Source of the DNA: Guillardia theta CCMP2712
Taxonomy: Eukaryota; Protista; Cryptophyta
Reading direction: 5' to 3'
Length of the DNA stretch: 38,101 nt
Assembly (NCBI RefSeq): GCF_000315625.1
Contig: NW_005434600.1
Location: 14,352-52,452 of the forward strand
Shown: positions 33,434 to 38,101 of the stretch, piece after piece
Position numbering within the stretch: the stretch's first letter is position 1
Layout: every line of letters starts with the position of its first letter
Position numbers and translations under genes: made by a program
Notes under the pieces: generated by a model
The model's input: only the letters and a program-made list of their open reading frames with translations
Databases searched by the model: none
Told to the model about the DNA's origin: nothing

Positions 33434-36400
33434 ATGTCTGCTTGTGACGCAAGGGCGCTATGGCGGGGAGACGCGCGTCCCTTCCTCACTCACTGCTTCG
33501 ACGACATCTTCCTCTTCGGAGCAGCCACCGTCTTTATCTTCATGTTCGGCTCCTACCGGGCATGGACGCTCCTCCACATCCCCCCTATGGAGGAATTTCC
33601 CTACTCCACCATGCACAGTGTGAAAGTGATGGTCCTCGGATGGCTGGGCATGTTTCCTCTGATTGTGTTTGCGGCCAAGTATGCCAACGGTGCTCATGAT
33701 GACTTCGAGTGGATCGCAAAGCCCCTTGCCTCCTCGGCATGGCTGTACAGCCTTTGGCTCTTCAACATGGAGGTTTCTCGCAACCTCACAGAGTAAGTTC
33801 GACGCTCTGCTGCGTTCCTCCTCCTCCTCCTCTTTCTGCTGCTTCTGCTGTTTCTGCTGGTGCTCCCCCCCTCCTGCTTCTGCTCCTGCTCCTGCTCCTC
33901 CTTCTCCTCCTTCGGTACAAGTTAACATCTAATCACTGCAAGCGTCGGTATGACTGCCGTTCGTTCCCTAACGCCCTATGAAGGTGTTGGATCCTCAAAA
34001 CTTTCTGGGCCACGTCAGCAATTGCTGGGACCTTCAGCCTGCCAACGGTTGTGATCGCATCGGAGACCAACGGGTGACGATGAAAACTTGCGATCTCGAT
34101 CTCGTGCCTGATCCGATGCCCCCTTGGTTTCTCAGCTACGGCCTTTCCTTTTATGCCTACCTCCTCCACTACGTCCTTTACCTCGTGATCGTCGTCCTCG
34201 CCTTCCGCTTTCCACACCAGTCCAAAGGTGAGAGGAGCGCGGGAATGACGATGCGACGACGTTGACGGGAGGACGAGCAGACGTGGCGCCAGAGCTGGGC
34301 ACCTTGCAGGACGCCCAGTCCAAGATGGAGGGAGCAGAGGGGAAGGATCGAAACCAAGAGCACTTGGGCTTCCTTACGGTAGATCTCCGTGCTCTCTAAG
34401 GTCTGTGAGCGATGGGTGACGTTGAGATCAGGAGGTGTGGAGAGATCGGTTCTGGAAGGTCCTCAGCATGTTTGAGCCCGAGAAGCTCTTGCTCTCCTTG
34501 TCCTTCCTGTACGTCCCTGCCTCTCCCTCTCTGCTCTGCTCTGCTTGTCCTTCCTGTACGTCCCTGCCTCTCCCTCTCTGCTCTGCTCTCCTTCTATTCA
34601 TCTTAGTCCTCTCCATCAATTCCTCTCCTACGTCCTTCCACTCTCCTCCCCACCTCTACTCGGTTTCTCTCCTCGCTACTCCTCTGCTCTGCTCTGCTCT
34701 GCTCCGCTCTCCTGTCCTCTTCCTCGTCTCCCTTCCTCTTTCTCATCCTCTACCCGCAGGTGCATGATAGCTTCAGTTGCGTCCTCCGGCTTCGCCTTTG
34801 TCATCCTCGGCCGTCTCTTCAACAACTTCTACTATCCTTACTCCCCAGGATCCGCCAGGGGGCATCTGAGAGAATACTGCGTGATCTTGGTGGCTATCTA
34901 TCTGATCTGCTCGATCCTCGACGCCGCCTATGCCACCATCATCCACAACGCGGAGGAGAGGATGGCGTCGAGGACGAGGAGGAAGGTCTTCCACAACCTG
35001 CTGCGGCAGGAAGTAGAGTTCTTCGACGGGAAGAAGCCCGAGGAGCTTGTGGAGAGCATACAGAACGACGTGGCACTGCTGCAGAAGACACTCGGGGACC
35101 ACATGATACATGGCCTCCACTGCATCCTCACAGTCTTGATGTGCATCTTCATTATGTTCATGATCAGCTGGAAGATCACTCTTGTGGTCCTGTCCCTGGT
35201 CCCGATCTGCATGCTCGTCGGCAAGATCCAGAAGTTTTACGCCAGGAGGCTAGGTAAGGAGAGAGCGGAGGCGATGGCTACTTCGATGGAGCTGGTGGAG
35301 GAGACTCTGTCCAGCCTTCGCATCGTCCGCTCGCTCGCTGCGGAGTCCCGACAGCTCGAGAAGTTCAAGGAGATGGCAGCGGATATCTACGACCTCTCCC
35401 TCCAGACCGGGCTGGTGGACGCAACTTCCAAGAGTTCCGCAACGCTCATGATACAGCTCGCCGTCGTCCTGTCACTCTACGTTAGCGGGCTGGCCGTCCT
35501 GTCCCGCCAGGTCGAAGTCGGCTACCTCGTCACGTACGCTGGCGTTACCATCCTTGCGATCTCAAGCATCGCCCAGCTGTCGCCCCTCCTGAGGCAGATT
35601 ACCAAGGCGCTCAGGGCCTCTGAGAGAGTTTTTCACCTACTCGATCGATCTCCCAAGTTCGGCGGCAGCGGAGGAAGCACCATGGAGAAGGTGGACGGGA
35701 GGATCGAGATGAGGGAGGTGGACTTGTTCCCCGATGCTCCGAGCAGCGACAAGCTCCTCAGCTCAGTCTCGATCTCGGCCGGGAGCATCGCGGCCATCGT
35801 GGGGGGAAGGGGAGCAGGGAAGACTCGGCTCATGGAGAGCATGCAGCGCATGCAGGAGCCGGCAGGCGGCAGCATCCTGCTGGATGGGAGTGACGTGAAG
35901 GCGCTGGACCCTGACTGGCTGAGGGAGCATGTGGTGGCCGTGCAGACAGAGCCTGTCCTGTTCGCCATGAGCATCGCGCAGAACATCTCGTATGCTGTCG
36001 AGACGGCGTCGCAGGCGCAGGTAGAAGCTGCTGCTCGTCTCGCCTGCGCCCACGAGTTCATCCAGCTCATCCCCGACAGCTACCAGGCGCATGTCGGGGA
36101 CACAGGTGTGCGGCTGACGGCCATGCAGAAGCTGCAGGTTGCGATCGCAAGAGCCTGGCTGACAACAGCCAACGTCATCCTCCTGGACGACGTGTTCTCT
36201 CGGATGGACGCTGAGACTGCAAGGAGGATCCTTTCCAACCTGCGGGGACGACGGGGCGACCGGACGGTCATCATATTCTCCTCCTCTTCCAGCCTTCTCG
36301 AGGGTACGTGCGACTCTTTCTCCTACCTCGAGGGAGGACGGCTGTTGGGGACAGGCTCCCACGGTGAGCTCGCTGCCGTTTTCCCGTCCTACGCCCAGCT

Positions 36401-36605
36401 CGCTGACCGCCACGGCTCCTCCCAAGATGCCTCCCACGCCGAGGAGGCGGAGGAGGGAGTGTGGAGGAGGCGGCTCCAGCTGGCCGACGAGCTGGAGGAC
36501 AGTATCTTCCAGCTGGGGTTGCCGCAGGGAAAGGTGATGGCGCTGGTGGAGATGGCGAACGAGATGAAGGAGGCGCTCGTCCTGGAGTCCCAGACCCTCG
36601 GCTAG
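33434..36605 (+). CDS. ABCB-type half transporter with extra N-terminal TMD0 and degenerate nucleotide-binding domain
   Basis: Exons approx. 33434-33792, 33984-34072, 34136-34227, ~34310-34378, 34432-34508 and 34760-36605. TMD motifs FHNLLRQEVEFFD and ASERVFHLLDR; NBD motifs GGRGAGKT, GSILLDG.DV, EPVLFAMSIAQNISY, AHEFI, VGDTGVRLTAMQK and VILLDD. Confidence 0.9.
34497..34589. repeat. 47-bp tandem duplication spanning an exon/intron donor of the ABC gene
   Basis: CTTGTCCTTCCT/GTACGTCCCTGCCTCTCCCTCTCTGCTCTGCTCT at 34497 and 34544. Confidence 0.9.
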
Positions 36606-36820
36606 AACTTAAAATGTACAGAGAAAACATATACAGCTCCGACTCTACGCTCCTCCCCCTCTCTCCCTCCCTCCCTCCCTCCCTCCCTCTCCTCCCTTGC
36701 TGGATCTTCCTCCTCCACCACCTCCTCCTCCTGCTGCTTCTGCTCCCCCTCCCGCCCCCCCTTCCTCCTCCCACCTCCCTCCTAGCGCTCCCCTGCTCGT
36801 TGGCCATGAGCTGGAAAACG

Positions 36821-38101
36821 TTAGAGCGAGAGGCCCCACAGCCAGTAGCAGATGTCGGTCACTATCCCCCGCATCCATCCTCGCATCGCCTCCTCCATCC
36901 CTCCCATCTCGCCCTTCCCCCCACCTTGTCTCCCCTCCTCCTCCTCCTCCTCCTCGCAAGTGCATATCAGCGCCTGGAGCTCCGACCTGTCCCCGAACGT
37001 CCGGATGGTGAGGATCACGGCGGTACCCGGACTCTCCTCATGGGCAGGGAGCAGCAGCAGCCACTTCCTGCATGAAGATACATGTGACCAGCTCCGGTGG
37101 CGGGTGGCCAGGTCGTCCAGCAGCTGGGACCAGGGGGCCTCAAGCTGGAGAAGCTGCTGGAGTCGCCCGTCGAGCCTCGTCAGAGGGTAGCTGCGGACCC
37201 TCCGCAGGAGCGCGTCCACCTCCCATGCCAACAGCTGCACCTTCGGGCAGGTGCATCGCCCCCATATCCACACCCTCGTTGCCTCCCTCACCAACCCCTC
37301 CAGCAGGCGCAGGACCCGGTCCTGCCCCCTCTTCCTCCAGACCCCAGCAGGGTCCGGCAGCGCCCCGTCCCGACCCTCCGTGCCCTCCTGCCGCCAGCAC
37401 AGCACCCAGCAGCGGGGAACGTGACTTCTCAGCTCCTCCTCGTCGACAATCTCGAGATCCCCCTCTCCGTCCTCTTCGTCCAGGGAGATGACAGCTGAGA
37501 AACGCCACGTGTCATCCTCTCCCTCCCCCTCCCTCGTTGCTGCTGCTGCTGCTGCTCCTGCCGCCGCCGCTCCTCCTCCTCCTCCTCCTGGCCCGTCCAG
37601 GTTGCAGATGAGGCAGGTGCCTTGGACCATGACGGAGGAGTCAAGGCTGGAGGCAAGCTGGTCCTTCTGCTGGGAGAGGTACACCAAGACGTCGGAGAGG
37701 CTCATGGTAGACATGAGCATTAGCTGCAAACACGCAGAGATCAGCTGGATTGGAGCAGGTTATGATGAAAGGAAGGAGGAGGAGGAGGAGAAGGACGCCG
37801 AGGAAGGAGGAGGCAGAGGAGGAGAGGAGAGCGAGAGAGGAGGAGGAGGAGGAGGAGGCGTCGTGCAAGGAAATCAGTTACCTTGGGTGACCAGCGGAAC
37901 ATCGAGTGCCACGTGTGAGACTTTTTCCTGGCAGTGATGTCAAAGGGAAATGAAAACATCTCAAGAGTGAGTAGAGTTAGGAGGAGATGGGAGGAGATGG
38001 GAGGAGAGGAGAGGAGAGGAGAGGAGAGGAGAGGAGAGGAGAGGAGAGGAGAGGAGGAGGAGGGAGAGGAGAGGAGTGGAGAGGAGAGTGAGAGTAGAGA
38101 G
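36821..38101 (-). CDS. SZT2: 3' exons of a large gene, SZT2 (KICSTOR scaffold)-like C-terminus
   Basis: EVDALLRRVRSYPLTRLDGRLQQLLQLEAPWSQLLDDLATRH..KWLLLL and terminal IVTDICYWLWGLSL* resemble the SZT2 C-terminus as I recall it. A further exon lies at ~37880-37930, and the gene continues beyond the window. Confidence 0.5.

Overview
Eukaryotic, intron-rich, microsatellite-rich genomic DNA with two N gaps (3831-4097 and 26332-26431). The short ~50-nt introns, (GGAGA)n tracts and GC-rich intergenic islands suggest a cryptophyte alga such as Guillardia or Hanusia; this is inference only. Conventional genes that I could reconstruct by hand-splicing are: a TPR-fused COG0523/CobW-family GTPase, a mitochondrial carrier, a secreted protein with four Cys-rich EGF-like repeats, a PP2A catalytic subunit, a hypothetical basic protein, an ABCB-type half transporter with a degenerate ATPase domain, and the 3' end of an SZT2-like gene. 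The standout structure is a ~13.5-kb head-to-head inverted duplication (about 3484-16953). Each arm encodes a spliced protein made of a variable 24-aa helical tandem-repeat exon followed by a P-loop NTPase and a PD-(D/E)XK-like nuclease, which is a Crinkler/CR-effector-like architecture. The arms carry complementary differences. The left arm has a long intact repeat exon but lacks a 198-bp 5' segment. The right arm has that segment but a contracted, frameshifted repeat exon. The 3.9-kb spacer between the arms is packed with Crypton-like tyrosine-recombinase remnants and a TIR element. Family assignments come from motif recognition only; no searches were run.
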